Origin: a bacterium
Lineage (GTDB): Bacteria; UBA10199; 2-02-FULL-44-16; JAAZCA01
Reading direction: 5' to 3'
Assembly (NCBI GenBank): GCA_963674695.2
Contig: CAXXGI010000003.1
Span: 512,001-576,000 of the forward strand
Length of the DNA: 64,000 bases
Part shown: positions 38,815-47,877 of the stretch, one piece after another
Numbering within the stretch: position 1 is the stretch's first letter
Layout of the letters: every line of letters starts with the position of its first letter
Program-made: the position numbers and the translations under genes
Notes under the pieces: model-generated
Databases searched by the model: none
What the model was told of the DNA's origin: nothing
The model's input: the letters and a program-made list of their open reading frames with translations, nothing else

Positions 38815-39804
38815 TCAGCGGTCACACTTCGAGCGCATACGTCTGATGACAAGCGCATCGCCCTTTCGGACGAACTGCCATCGTCGAGGGAGACGATAGG
38901 TGCCGGATGCTTTTTGGCGCGTGCAGGCGATGGCGTCCATGCGCTCGAGATGATCAGCGGCGAGATCGGCGGTGGAGCCGGCCAGCTGTTCGAAGAGCAG
39001 CCGCAACATGGCCTGTCGAAGGCCTCCGGGTGCAGCGCAGAAGCCGATGCGATCGATCGTGTTGGCGTCCTGTCGGATGCACTCAAGCGCTTCGGCGGCG
39101 ATGGTCTCTATCGTTTTTCGTACATCGAAGAGGCGCCGACCGGTGTCGGCGATATGCTCGCCCGCCTTCGGATTGATGGCCTGCAGCAGCGGGATGAGAT
39201 CGTGACGCACCCGGTTGCGCGCATATTTCTTCGCGGCGTTGGTGGAATCATCGCGGAAGGCAATGCTTCGTTCGTGGGCATAGCGCTCGATTTCAGAACG
39301 CGAGGCAAAGAGCAACGGTCGGATGAGGCGCATGCCGTCCTGCATCGCCAGCGGGTGCATGCCTGACAGGCCCGCCACCCCCGCGCCGCGGATGAGATGC
39401 ATGAGGATCGTTTCGACCTGATCGTCGCGATGATGTGCGGTGGCGATAGCGGCATGGTGTCTTTGCGCAACGCGTTCGAGGAACCGTCGCCGAATCGTTC
39501 GGGCCGCGTTCTGGAGGTTCTGTGATGCAGCGGGCTTTTTTTGCAGCACCTCGATGGGACAGCCGAGCGCTTCAGCGCGTTCGCGAACGAGCCGTTCATC
39601 GGCGTTCGATGCCCTCCCCCGCAGGCCATGATTGATGTGGGCGATGACCAGGGTGAGGCCGAGCGGTTTTCGCAGGCGCGCACAGAGATCCATGAGGACC
39701 ATCGAGTCGATGCCGCCCGAGATGGAGAGCAGGAGCGTATCGTTTTTCTCGATGAGCTTCTCTTTGGCGATGAACTGTTTGAAGTGTGGATAGAGCATGC
39801 TCAT
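38815..39804 (-). CDS. tilS: tRNA(Ile)-lysidine synthetase (short form)
   Basis: SGGIDS PP-loop, AHHRDDQVET, IRPLL, RNRVRH. Start uncertain. Confidence 0.92.
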   Translation of the reverse strand: MSMLYPHFKQFIAKEKLIEKNDTLLLSISGGIDSMVLMDLCARLRKPLGLTLVIAHINHGLRGRASNADERLVRERAEALGCPIEVLQKKPAASQNLQNAARTIRRRFLERVAQRHHAAIATAHHRDDQVETILMHLIRGAGVAGLSGMHPLAMQDGMRLIRPLLFASRSEIERYAHERSIAFRDDSTNAAKKYARNRVRHDLIPLLQAINPKAGEHIADTGRRLFDVRKTIETIAAEALECIRQDANTIDRIGFCAAPGGLRQAMLRLLFEQLAGSTADLAADHLERMDAIACTRQKASGTYRLPRRWQFVRKGDALVIRRMRSKCDR

Positions 39805-39844
39805 GAAAAGTTTTACGATTGTCACCCCCGAGTGCCCCTGCCTT

Positions 39845-39916
39845 TGTCATCCCCGTGAAAACGGGGATCTCGATCGAAAGATCAAAATCGAGATTCCCGC
39901 TTCCGCGGGAATGACA
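39845..39916. repeat. REP-like inverted pair
   Basis: TGTCATCCCCGTGAAAACGGGGATCTCG / CGAGATTCCCGCTTCCGCGGGAATGACA. Confidence 0.9.
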
Positions 39917-39933
39917 ACGACTCGTGTACGTTT

Positions 39934-40455
39934 CTATGATTCCATTATTCCCGCATCGATGTAGGTCTGGGCGAACTGGGCGTAGCGCTGTGCGGACTCC
40001 GCGAGCTTTGCCGTTGTCGATGGTTCGAGTTCGCCCTTGATCTTGGCGGGCACTCCCAAGACCAGCGAGCGCGGCGGGACGTTCATCCCCTCGGTAACCA
40101 CCGCTCCGGCGCCGATCACCGACTGCGCCCCGATGATCGCCCCGTTCATGATGGTGGCGCCCATGCCGATGAGTGCGCCATCGCCGATGGTGCAGCCGTG
40201 GAGGATGGCGCGATGGCCGACGGTCACCTCATCGCCGATGGTGAGCGCATGTTCGCGCTCGACATGCAGGACGCAGAGGTCTTGGACGTTGGTGTGATGA
40301 CCGATCTGAATAGAGCCGATGTCGCCGCGGATGACGGCGCCGAACCAGACGCTGGCATGCGCGCCGATGTGGACATCGCCGATGATGGTGGCGTTGGGTG
40401 CGACGAACGCCGTTGCCTCGATCGTGGGCGTCTTTTCGTTGAGCGCGATGATCAT
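39934..40455 (-). CDS. Gamma-carbonic-anhydrase family (YrdA-like) protein
   Basis: Hexapeptide repeats, VWFGAVIRGD, NVQD, VGHRAILHGC. Confidence 0.92.
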   Translation of the reverse strand: MIIALNEKTPTIEATAFVAPNATIIGDVHIGAHASVWFGAVIRGDIGSIQIGHHTNVQDLCVLHVEREHALTIGDEVTVGHRAILHGCTIGDGALIGMGATIMNGAIIGAQSVIGAGAVVTEGMNVPPRSLVLGVPAKIKGELEPSTTAKLAESAQRYAQFAQTYIDAGIMES

Positions 40456-40841
40456 ATCACTCCTCGAACGGTGGATGATCGGCGGCGGTTGGAGGAACGC
40501 ATAAAGAGTGCTGCGAGCGAAAGAAAAAACGCGGCGCCGATGGCATCGGCGATCACGTCGCCGAACTCAGCGCTGCGATGGGCAAGCCGCATCTGCACGA
40601 GCTCCATGCCGGAGCCATACGCGACGGCGATGATTCCGGCGATGAAGGGCAGACCAGATCGATCGCGCCAGTGGCTCGCGCGCAATGACCAGAGGCAGAG
40701 CAGTGCCAAGAGACCATAAAAGAGCGCGTGAAAGACCTTGTCGGCGTGCGGGAACATCGGCTCGCCAGAGAAGCTTGCCGTAGAGAGATAGAGGATGAAC
40801 CCCGCCTGTGCGAGGGTGAGGATGTAGCGAAGATATTTCAT
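40452..40841 (-). CDS. VanZ-like membrane protein
   Basis: DKVFHALFYGLL ... ELVQ ... RSAEFGDVIAD. Confidence 0.85.
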   Translation of the reverse strand: MKYLRYILTLAQAGFILYLSTASFSGEPMFPHADKVFHALFYGLLALLCLWSLRASHWRDRSGLPFIAGIIAVAYGSGMELVQMRLAHRSAEFGDVIADAIGAAFFLSLAALFMRSSNRRRSSTVRGVI

Positions 40842-40874
40842 GAATGTATCTTTCAAATCTGGGTACTGTGACCA

Positions 40875-40989
40875 TCGAGATTCCCGCTTTCGCGGGAATG
40901 ACAGCGGCTTGGTTTGTCATCCCCGCGAAAGCGGGGATCTCGATGTGTCGCAAAAAGCGAGATTCCCGCTTACACCTGCGGGAATGGCA
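40875..40989. repeat. REP-like cluster (three arms)
   Basis: Palindromic arms in alternating orientation. Confidence 0.88.
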
Positions 40990-40997
40990 CCCATCGA

Positions 40998-41516
40998 CTA
41001 CATCTTATACTTTCCAAAATCCTCCGGGGAGAGGTTCTCCAGGATCTCGGCCCACTTTTGTTTCTTCATGTCGTCGAGCGAACCCTCTTGGCTCAGGTCG
41101 ATCTTGCGTGATTTGTCGATCACATGGCGAGCGACGAAGATGGGCGACTTCGTGCGCAGCGCGATGGCGATGGCGTCAGACGGACGCGAGTCGAGCGTGT
41201 AGACGCGTTCATCCTGCGAGAGGGTCACGCGGGCATAGAAGGTGTTGTCGGATAGGTCGCTCACCTCGACGCGCTCGACATCGATGCCCGTTTCATCGAG
41301 GATGTTCTTGAGCAGGTCGTGCGTCATGGGTCTCGCGAGCTGAATGTCTTCAAGCTCGGTGGCAATCGCACTGGCCTCGATCAGCCCGATCCAGATCGGC
41401 AGCGCGCATTTCTCCGCCATATCCTTGAGGATGATGATGGGCATACTGGTGAAGGGGTCGATGGTGAGCCCGGTGACCTTCATCTCTACGTATTCAGGCG
41501 TATTGGCGTCGCTCAT
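40998..41516 (-). CDS. Bifunctional nuclease family protein (DUF151)
   Basis: LPIWIGLIEA, RPMTHDL, DSRPSDAIAIALR. Confidence 0.92.
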   Translation of the reverse strand: MSDANTPEYVEMKVTGLTIDPFTSMPIIILKDMAEKCALPIWIGLIEASAIATELEDIQLARPMTHDLLKNILDETGIDVERVEVSDLSDNTFYARVTLSQDERVYTLDSRPSDAIAIALRTKSPIFVARHVIDKSRKIDLSQEGSLDDMKKQKWAEILENLSPEDFGKYKM

Positions 41517-42916
41517 GAAGCCCTCTCCCCGGCCAGCGAGTTGTCGTATGCTGCGGTGATGCGCAAGCGGACTATAGCGCCAAGGTCGTCCGCTTTTCCA
41601 GCAAAATGTATGATGCGGTTATCGGGGAGGCGGCCGGTCATCATGCCCCGTCCCATGCGATCGGTTCCGGTGACGAGTGCGTCGGAAACGGTTCCGATGC
41701 GTGTCTCATTGGCGGCGCGAGAAAGCGTGCGCACCCGTGTGAGAAGATCATCGAGGCGGCGCTCCTTGTCCACGGTCGGGATATCGTCGGCAAACTGCTC
41801 GGCCGCGCGTGTTCCTGCGCGGGGGGAATATTTAAAGGCGAAGGCGGAATCGAAACCGACCTGTTCAATGAGATCCAGAGTCTGTCGAAAATCGGCGTCG
41901 CTCTCTCCGCAAAAACCCACGATGATGTCGGTGGTGATGCTCATGTCGGGGCGCGCTGCGCGCAATCGCTCGATGATGTTCAGATAGTCTTCGCGCGTAT
42001 AGCCGCGGTTCATGCGTTTGAGAACGGCATTCGCCCCCGCCTGCACCGGCAGATGGATGTGCGGCATGAGTTTTTCATTCTCCGCATATTCGCGGATGAG
42101 ATCGTCACCCACGTCCTTCGGATGGGGGGACATGAAGCGGATTCTCGTGATAGGCGTCTCGTGGGCGATGCGGCGCAATAGATCAGGAAACGAGAGGCCA
42201 TTGAACTTTTCGTGACCCGTGACCCCCGCCACTAATGCTTCGGCGGGCAGGCGTGACCCGTGACCCGGAAAGGCGTAGGCGTTCACGTTCTGGCCGAGGA
42301 GCGTGACCTCTTTGGTGCCAGCGTCGGCCAGACGCCCCACTTCTGCGACGATCGCATCCGGATCGCGGCAGACCTCGCGGCCGCGCACATAGGGGACGAT
42401 GCAGTAGGTGCAGAAGCAGTTGCAGCCTTTCATTATTGAAACAAAATTCGTAACTCGTAACTCGTGACTCGTAACTCCCGTGTCCAGGTCGAGAAAACGA
42501 TACTGCTCGGAATCGTTGATGAGATCGAGGGCGGCGGGACGTTTTCCCTGCTGGGCCTCACCGATCAGGCGCGGGAGTTCGTGGATCTGGTCGGGGCCGA
42601 AGGCAAAGTCGAGGCCATCGAAGCGTTCCAGGAGTTTTGCGCCCTCTTCCTGCGCCACACAGCCGCAGATGCCGACGAGCGCGCCGGGTCGGGCGGCCTT
42701 GAAATCGGGGATGCGACCGAGTTGGCTGACGGCCTTGTGGTGCGCCTTTTCCCGAATCGTACAGGTGTTGAAGAGGATGAGGTCAGCGTTATCCGTCGTA
42801 TCCGTGGAGGCATACCCTTCCTGCGCGAGCAACGCCCGGATCCGATCCGAGTCATGCTCGTTCATCTGACAGCCGAAGGTCTTAATATAGACGAGTTTTT
42901 GAGGGGTTGGGCTCAT
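41513..42916 (-). CDS. miaB: tRNA-2-methylthio-N6-dimethylallyladenosine synthase
   Basis: TFGCQMNEHDS, NTCTIREKA, CNCFCTYC, C-terminal TRAM domain. Confidence 0.96.
   Translation of the reverse strand: MSPTPQKLVYIKTFGCQMNEHDSDRIRALLAQEGYASTDTTDNADLILFNTCTIREKAHHKAVSQLGRIPDFKAARPGALVGICGCVAQEEGAKLLERFDGLDFAFGPDQIHELPRLIGEAQQGKRPAALDLINDSEQYRFLDLDTGVTSHELRVTNFVSIMKGCNCFCTYCIVPYVRGREVCRDPDAIVAEVGRLADAGTKEVTLLGQNVNAYAFPGHGSRLPAEALVAGVTGHEKFNGLSFPDLLRRIAHETPITRIRFMSPHPKDVGDDLIREYAENEKLMPHIHLPVQAGANAVLKRMNRGYTREDYLNIIERLRAARPDMSITTDIIVGFCGESDADFRQTLDLIEQVGFDSAFAFKYSPRAGTRAAEQFADDIPTVDKERRLDDLLTRVRTLSRAANETRIGTVSDALVTGTDRMGRGMMTGRLPDNRIIHFAGKADDLGAIVRLRITAAYDNSLAGERAS
42211..42268 (-). repeat. In-frame heptamer repeats enclosing a small palindrome in miaB
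   Basis: Coding strand CGGGTCA CGGGTCA CG[CCTGCCCGCCGAAGCATTAGTGGCGG]GGGTCA CGGGTCA CG, encoding PGHGSRLPAEALVAGVTGH. Confidence 0.8.
42448..42477 (-). repeat. In-frame heptamer repeat (GAGTYAC)x4 in miaB
   Basis: Plus strand TCGTAAC TCGTAAC TCGTGAC TCGTAAC, encoding VTSHELRVT. Confidence 0.85.
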
Positions 42917-42977
42917 TTGCTCAAGCGGAGTATCAGAAGCGGATGCCACCTGTCAACCGGGCATTATGTGCAAACAT

Positions 42978-43105
42978 TGTCATTCCGGAATGACAATGCA
43001 AGGGGGGTGTCATTCCCGCCCCCGATTCAATCATTCGAGGGCAGGCTCCGGCGGGAATCTCGCTTTTTACGGCACATCGAGATCCCCGTTTTCACGGGGA
43101 TGACA
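42978..43105. repeat. REP-like cluster: collapsed mini-palindrome plus expanded-loop pair
   Basis: TGTCATTCCGGAATGACA, then a copy of the 7253-type element. Confidence 0.9.
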
Positions 43106-43137
43106 ACAGCAGGGTCTGTCAGCAATTTGAGGGGCGG

Positions 43138-43491
43138 TTACTCCCCTGCCGGTTTGAAGAGTTCGACGAACTTGTCTTTGACGAGGATGGTGAGGAACTT
43201 CTGGAGGCGTTCATCGGCGGGTTCGATCTTCTCGCCGAAATGCGTGCGCATGGCCTCGACGACCTGTTGGAACGGGGTGCCGCCGTCGAGCGTGCGCCAG
43301 ACGAAGCTGCCGAACTCGTCGAGGCGCACACGGATGTGCGGGCGACGCAGCTTCGGCTGTAGCCAACGAGCGAGCGGCCCCTTGCGGAAACGAGGGACCA
43401 AAAGGACGGCCCCTCCGTCGGGGCCGTCCTCCCAGTCGATCGCATGTTTCGCTATGACATCAGTCCATGACGCTTGGTGGTGCTGGCTCAT
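43138..43491 (-). CDS. PqqD-family (RRE-like) protein
   Basis: VRLDEFGSFVWRTLDG...F...L..FL..L pattern; overlaps the end of the OPT gene. Confidence 0.8.
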   Translation of the reverse strand: MSQHHQASWTDVIAKHAIDWEDGPDGGAVLLVPRFRKGPLARWLQPKLRRPHIRVRLDEFGSFVWRTLDGGTPFQQVVEAMRTHFGEKIEPADERLQKFLTILVKDKFVELFKPAGE

Positions 43492-45496
43492 CCGGACTCC
43501 CTGCTTTGGAAAGTGGCAATTTGATCAGGTAGAAACCGAGCAGCGCCAGGACGATGTAGCCGACCCAGGCCGTCGGGTTGGAGAGCAGATGCGGCAGCTT
43601 GATGCTCGCAAATGCCAGCCCTGCGATAAAGAGACCCATGAGCGCCTCACCCGCGATGAGACCGGAGGCGAGCAGAATGCCCATGTTGTCGACCCGAATT
43701 TGTTGTCCTTCGTTGAACTGCTTGCGCTTGGCGATGCTGTCGCAGATGTAACGGACCACGCCGCCGGCGAAGATCGCAAACGTCGTCTCCAGCGGAAGAT
43801 ACATGCCCACCGCGATCAGCATGGGGCTGGGTGCTTTGACAAGAATGAGCCCCAACGACATGAACATACCGGCGATGACCAGCGGCCAGGCCATCTGCCC
43901 GTTGATGATCCCCTCGGAGAGCATGGCCATCAAACCCGCCTGCGGTGCCGGAAGCATTTTGCCGCCGAAGCCGATGCCGCCCATCTGGATGTCGCCCTGG
44001 TGCAGGATCATCAGCGGGATGAAGAGCATGGCGCCGGCAACGACCACGCCGATGAGTTCGCCCAACTCCATCTTCCAGGGCGTACCGCCCAGGATATGTC
44101 CGATCTTCATGTCCTGCATCATGTCGCCCGCAATACCGCAGGAGCAACAGACCACCGCGGCCACACCGATGGCAGCAGCAACGCCGAAGGCACCCGAGAC
44201 GCCGATGGCGACCATAAGGAGCGCGGCGATGATGAGGGTCGAGAGCGTGAGCCCCGAGATCGGGTTATTCGACGAGCCGATGACGCCGACGAGGTATCCG
44301 GCGACGGCGGCGAAGAAGAAACCGGCCACGGCCAGGACGATGGCCGAAACGATGGCACCGGAGACGTGTCCGCAGAAATGATAGTAGAGGAAGGCCATCA
44401 GGATGAGCGCGATGCCCACCAGCGGCAGGATGACCTTGAAGTTGATGTCCTTCTCGAGGCGGTTCGGCGTCACGCCGCTCTCGGCGGCCTTCCTCACATC
44501 GCTGAAGGAACGCTTGATGCCGCCGATGAGCTGGTTGCGCATGTTGTAGAGCGTGTAGATCGCGCCCACGATCATGCCGCCCACCGCGATGGGCCGTACC
44601 ATATAGAGCCAGCTGTAGGTGGCCAGGTTGCTCCATTCGATCGGGTTCGTCCCGGCGCCGTCGGGCATGCTGCCCAAAACGGTCTCGAGCGTCGGTGCCG
44701 TGAAATAGAGCAGCAGCGGGATGAAGAGCCCCCAGGCCAGCACGCCGCCAGCAAAGCAGATCGAGGCGAGCCGCGGCCCGATGATGTAGCCTACGCCCAA
44801 GAAAGCCGGGCTGACATACGGGGTGGAGACGATCATTCCTCCGCCACCAGCCAGCTCGATGACGGTCTTGCGCATGCCGGTCACAAAGGCGACCGAAGAC
44901 TTTGCAAACGGAATGAATTTTTCCCAGACCGGCAGGAACAGCGCCATGCCGGAGGCGAGCTTGATGAATCCACCGACGAGCATGGAGATGAGCAGATAGA
45001 GGGCACCCGTTCCGCCGGTGCGCCCCGCCTTGTGAATTTCAGCCGCCGCGACCGATTCCGGAAACGGCAGTTTGGCCTCTTCGCACATCGTGCGACGCAG
45101 CAGCGTGACGAAGAGCACACCCAGCGTACCGCCGACGATCATGATGGCAGATGATTCCAGATAGTGGGTCCAGGTGTCGAACTTGATCCAGACCTTGGCG
45201 ATGACGAACGCCGGGATCGTGAAGATGGCACCGGCCACGAGCGCCTCGCCGACGCTGGCCACGGTACGAGCGATGTTCTCCTCGAGGATCGACCCCTTGA
45301 AGATACGCAGCACCGCCATGGCGATCACGGCTGCCGGGAAGGCGGCGGCCACGGTCATGCCGGCCTTGAGCCCGAGATAGGCGTTGGCCCCGCCCAGGAT
45401 CACCGACATGATCAGACCCAACAGCATGGCCCTGAAGGTGAACTCCGGCAGGTTCGTCTTCTCGGGTACAAATGATACGTGTTTGTGCTGCGTCAT
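43460..45496 (-). CDS. OPT-family oligopeptide transporter
   Basis: EFTFRA, ANAYLGLKAG, ENIARTVAS, LPFPE, PAPQA. Start MTQHKH. Confidence 0.93.
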   Translation of the reverse strand: MTQHKHVSFVPEKTNLPEFTFRAMLLGLIMSVILGGANAYLGLKAGMTVAAAFPAAVIAMAVLRIFKGSILEENIARTVASVGEALVAGAIFTIPAFVIAKVWIKFDTWTHYLESSAIMIVGGTLGVLFVTLLRRTMCEEAKLPFPESVAAAEIHKAGRTGGTGALYLLISMLVGGFIKLASGMALFLPVWEKFIPFAKSSVAFVTGMRKTVIELAGGGGMIVSTPYVSPAFLGVGYIIGPRLASICFAGGVLAWGLFIPLLLYFTAPTLETVLGSMPDGAGTNPIEWSNLATYSWLYMVRPIAVGGMIVGAIYTLYNMRNQLIGGIKRSFSDVRKAAESGVTPNRLEKDINFKVILPLVGIALILMAFLYYHFCGHVSGAIVSAIVLAVAGFFFAAVAGYLVGVIGSSNNPISGLTLSTLIIAALLMVAIGVSGAFGVAAAIGVAAVVCCSCGIAGDMMQDMKIGHILGGTPWKMELGELIGVVVAGAMLFIPLMILHQGDIQMGGIGFGGKMLPAPQAGLMAMLSEGIINGQMAWPLVIAGMFMSLGLILVKAPSPMLIAVGMYLPLETTFAIFAGGVVRYICDSIAKRKQFNEGQQIRVDNMGILLASGLIAGEALMGLFIAGLAFASIKLPHLLSNPTAWVGYIVLALLGFYLIKLPLSKAGSPDEPAPPSVMD

Positions 45497-45624
45497 TGCC
45501 CCCCCCCTTCGATTCGATGTGAAAGTTGCCGATCCATAGCATGGGCCTAAAAAAACGCAAGTGTTACCAGAGGGTTTGACAGGAACCGCCGAGTTCACAT
45601 AAAGAGGATTATCAGTATGAACGA

Positions 45625-45772
45625 TGTCATTCCCGCGGAGGCGGGGATCTCGATTGTTGGGGAACATCGAGATCCCCGCCTCCGCGGGGATGACAAAGAG
45701 CCTTGGGGATGACAAAGAGCCTTGGGGATGACAAAGAGCCTTGGGGATGACAAAGAACTCGCCAGGATGACA
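45625..45772. repeat. REP-like pair followed by a 19-bp tandem array
   Basis: (GGGGATGACAAAGAGCCTT)x3 at 45686-45742, plus partial copies. Confidence 0.9.
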
Positions 45773-45789
45773 AACGAAAAGGAGACCAC

Positions 45790-47790
45790 ATGGCCACATC
45801 ATTTCAACCGTATGTTCCCGAAAAGACGAGTTTGCCGGAGCTGACCGTCAAAGCGGTCGTGCTCGGCGTGCTCATGGCGGTGGTTCTCGGCGCGGCCAAC
45901 GCCTATCTCGGGCTCAAGGCCGGCATGACCATTTCGGCAGCCTTTCCCGCGGCGGTGATCGCCATGGCCGCCTTTCGCCTCCCCTTCCTGCGCGGCAACG
46001 TGCTCGAGCAGAACATCGCGCGTACGACCGCCTCGGTGGGCGAAGCGCTGGTGGCCGGTGCCATCTTCACGATTCCGGCGTTCGTCATGGTCAATGTCGC
46101 CGGCCAGCGCCTCTGGACCGAGTTTCATTATTGGGAAGTGGCGATGATCACGCTCATCGGCGGTGTGATGGGCATCCTCTTCGTCATTCTGCTCCGTCGC
46201 ACGCTGGTGGTCGACGCCGACCTCCCCTTTCCCGAGGGGTTTGCCTGTTTTGAGATCGTCAAGACCGGCCAGGGTGGCGATACGGGCGCAAAGTATGTCT
46301 TCGGCGCCATGGGGCTGGGCATCCTGATCGAGATATTCAAGAATCCAAACGGTGTGCCTATCATTCAGGAGACGAAGGAGTTCTTCTTCCGCTTTCCGCG
46401 CTCGATCGTGGGGCATTTCACCAGTGCCAAAGAGACGCTGGGCAGTGTGACGCACGAGGGAGGCATGCCCTTTCTGACACCGCTGGCCTCCCCCGCGCTG
46501 ATGAGCGTTGGCTACATCATCGGGCCGAAATATGCGGCGATCAACTTCTCGGGCGGCGTCCTGGCCTGGCTGGTCTTCATTCCGCTCATCCTCTTCGTCA
46601 ATCCGGGTCTGGCGCAGGACGTGGCGGCAAACGGCATCACGCCCAATCACGGCGATATGGTCTTCTCGGTCTGGTTCAACCTCGTTCGTCCCTTCGCCGT
46701 CGGCGCCATGCTCGTCGGTTCGCTCTACACGCTCTGGGGGTTGCGCACTTCTCTCGGCAGCGCGCTCAAGGGGATCTTTTCAAAGCATCGGCACGAAGAG
46801 GCCAAGACGCATAATCGTATCGAGAAGGATCTCAACCTGCGCTGGGTCTTCATCGCGGCCATGGCGCTCGTGATCCCGATGATCTTCCTCTATCAGTATT
46901 TCACGCAGGATTGGGTCGGCGCGATCGTCGCCGCGTTGGTGATGACGCTCACGGCCTTTCTCTTTGCGGCGGTCGGTGGATGGCTGGTCGGTATCGTCGG
47001 CAACTCGAACCAGCCCGTCTCGGGGCTCACCCTCTCCGCGCTCATCATTGCGGCGGTTGTGCTCGTTGGCTTCGGCGTGAAGGGGATGCCGGGCATCGCG
47101 GCGGTGCTCGCGGTGGCGGCGGTGGTCTGCTGCGTGGCCTGCATGTCGGGCGACATGATCCAGGATCTGAAAGTCGGCCAGCTCCTCGGCGGTACGCCCT
47201 GGAAGATGGAGGTCGGCGAGATCATCGGTACGGTGGTCGTGGCGTTCGTGCTCGTCTTTCCGATCATCATGCTCCACGAGGGGACGCCCGGCGGAATCGG
47301 TGGCGCGCGTCTGCCGGCGCCGCAGGCCGGACTCATGGCGCAGCTCGCCGTCGGTATCGTGGGCGGTCAGATGCCGTGGGGGCTCCTCATCACCGGCATG
47401 TTCTTCGCCGTGGCGCTCATCCTCGTGAAGGCGCCGGCGCCCATGCTCATCGCCGTCGGTATGTACCTTCCCTTCGAGACGACCTTTGCCATCTTCGTCG
47501 GCGGCGTCATCGCCTGGATCGCGGGAATCATTGCGCGACGTCGCGGGATCGAGCGAACCTCGCTCGAAGGTCCGGGCATTCTCGTCGCCTCCGGGTTCAT
47601 CGCGGGCGAAGCGCTCACCGGGGTTTTTCTCGCCGGGCTCGTGCTCGTGGGCATTCCGTCGATCTCGGGTTCGCTCTTCGGCGTCGAGGTGCCCTCGCTG
47701 CTGGGCAGCGCCGGCGGATGGATCTCGCTCGCGGTCTTCGCCATCGTCGCCTACTGCCTCATCTGGATGCCGGTACGGAAGAAGGGGTAG
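45790..47790 (+). CDS. OPT-family oligopeptide transporter (paralog, divergent)
   Basis: ELTVKA, ANAYLGLKAG, EQNIARTTAS, LPFPEG, PAPQA; AAGGAG RBS. Confidence 0.94.
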   Translation: MATSFQPYVPEKTSLPELTVKAVVLGVLMAVVLGAANAYLGLKAGMTISAAFPAAVIAMAAFRLPFLRGNVLEQNIARTTASVGEALVAGAIFTIPAFVMVNVAGQRLWTEFHYWEVAMITLIGGVMGILFVILLRRTLVVDADLPFPEGFACFEIVKTGQGGDTGAKYVFGAMGLGILIEIFKNPNGVPIIQETKEFFFRFPRSIVGHFTSAKETLGSVTHEGGMPFLTPLASPALMSVGYIIGPKYAAINFSGGVLAWLVFIPLILFVNPGLAQDVAANGITPNHGDMVFSVWFNLVRPFAVGAMLVGSLYTLWGLRTSLGSALKGIFSKHRHEEAKTHNRIEKDLNLRWVFIAAMALVIPMIFLYQYFTQDWVGAIVAALVMTLTAFLFAAVGGWLVGIVGNSNQPVSGLTLSALIIAAVVLVGFGVKGMPGIAAVLAVAAVVCCVACMSGDMIQDLKVGQLLGGTPWKMEVGEIIGTVVVAFVLVFPIIMLHEGTPGGIGGARLPAPQAGLMAQLAVGIVGGQMPWGLLITGMFFAVALILVKAPAPMLIAVGMYLPFETTFAIFVGGVIAWIAGIIARRRGIERTSLEGPGILVASGFIAGEALTGVFLAGLVLVGIPSISGSLFGVEVPSLLGSAGGWISLAVFAIVAYCLIWMPVRKKG

Positions 47791-47816
47791 ATGAAAAACG
47801 GATGATGTGAATCTAT

Positions 47817-47853
47817 AACCCCCCGAGCGTTTTTCGCTCGGGGGGTTTTGTTT
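47817..47853 (+). terminator. Rho-independent terminator between convergent genes
   Basis: AACCCCCCGAGCG-TTTTT-CGCTCGGGGGGTT-TTGTTT. Confidence 0.8.
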
Positions 47854-47877
47854 GTGATGTAGGTGCGGCACGCTTCC

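Noticed and set aside
43138-43491. RiPP or PQQ biosynthetic cluster (PqqD-like gene near radical SAM miaB)
   Set aside because: MiaB is a canonical tRNA methylthiotransferase; no precursor peptide, SPASM enzyme or other pqq genes.
42464-45154. 896-aa plus-strand ORF
   Set aside because: Antisense to miaB, the PqqD-like gene and OPT, and reads through a REP; no recognisable domain.
45686-45772. Regularly spaced repeats resembling a mini CRISPR array
   Set aside because: Units are contiguous 19-mers with no unique spacers, derive from the REP end, and no cas genes are present.
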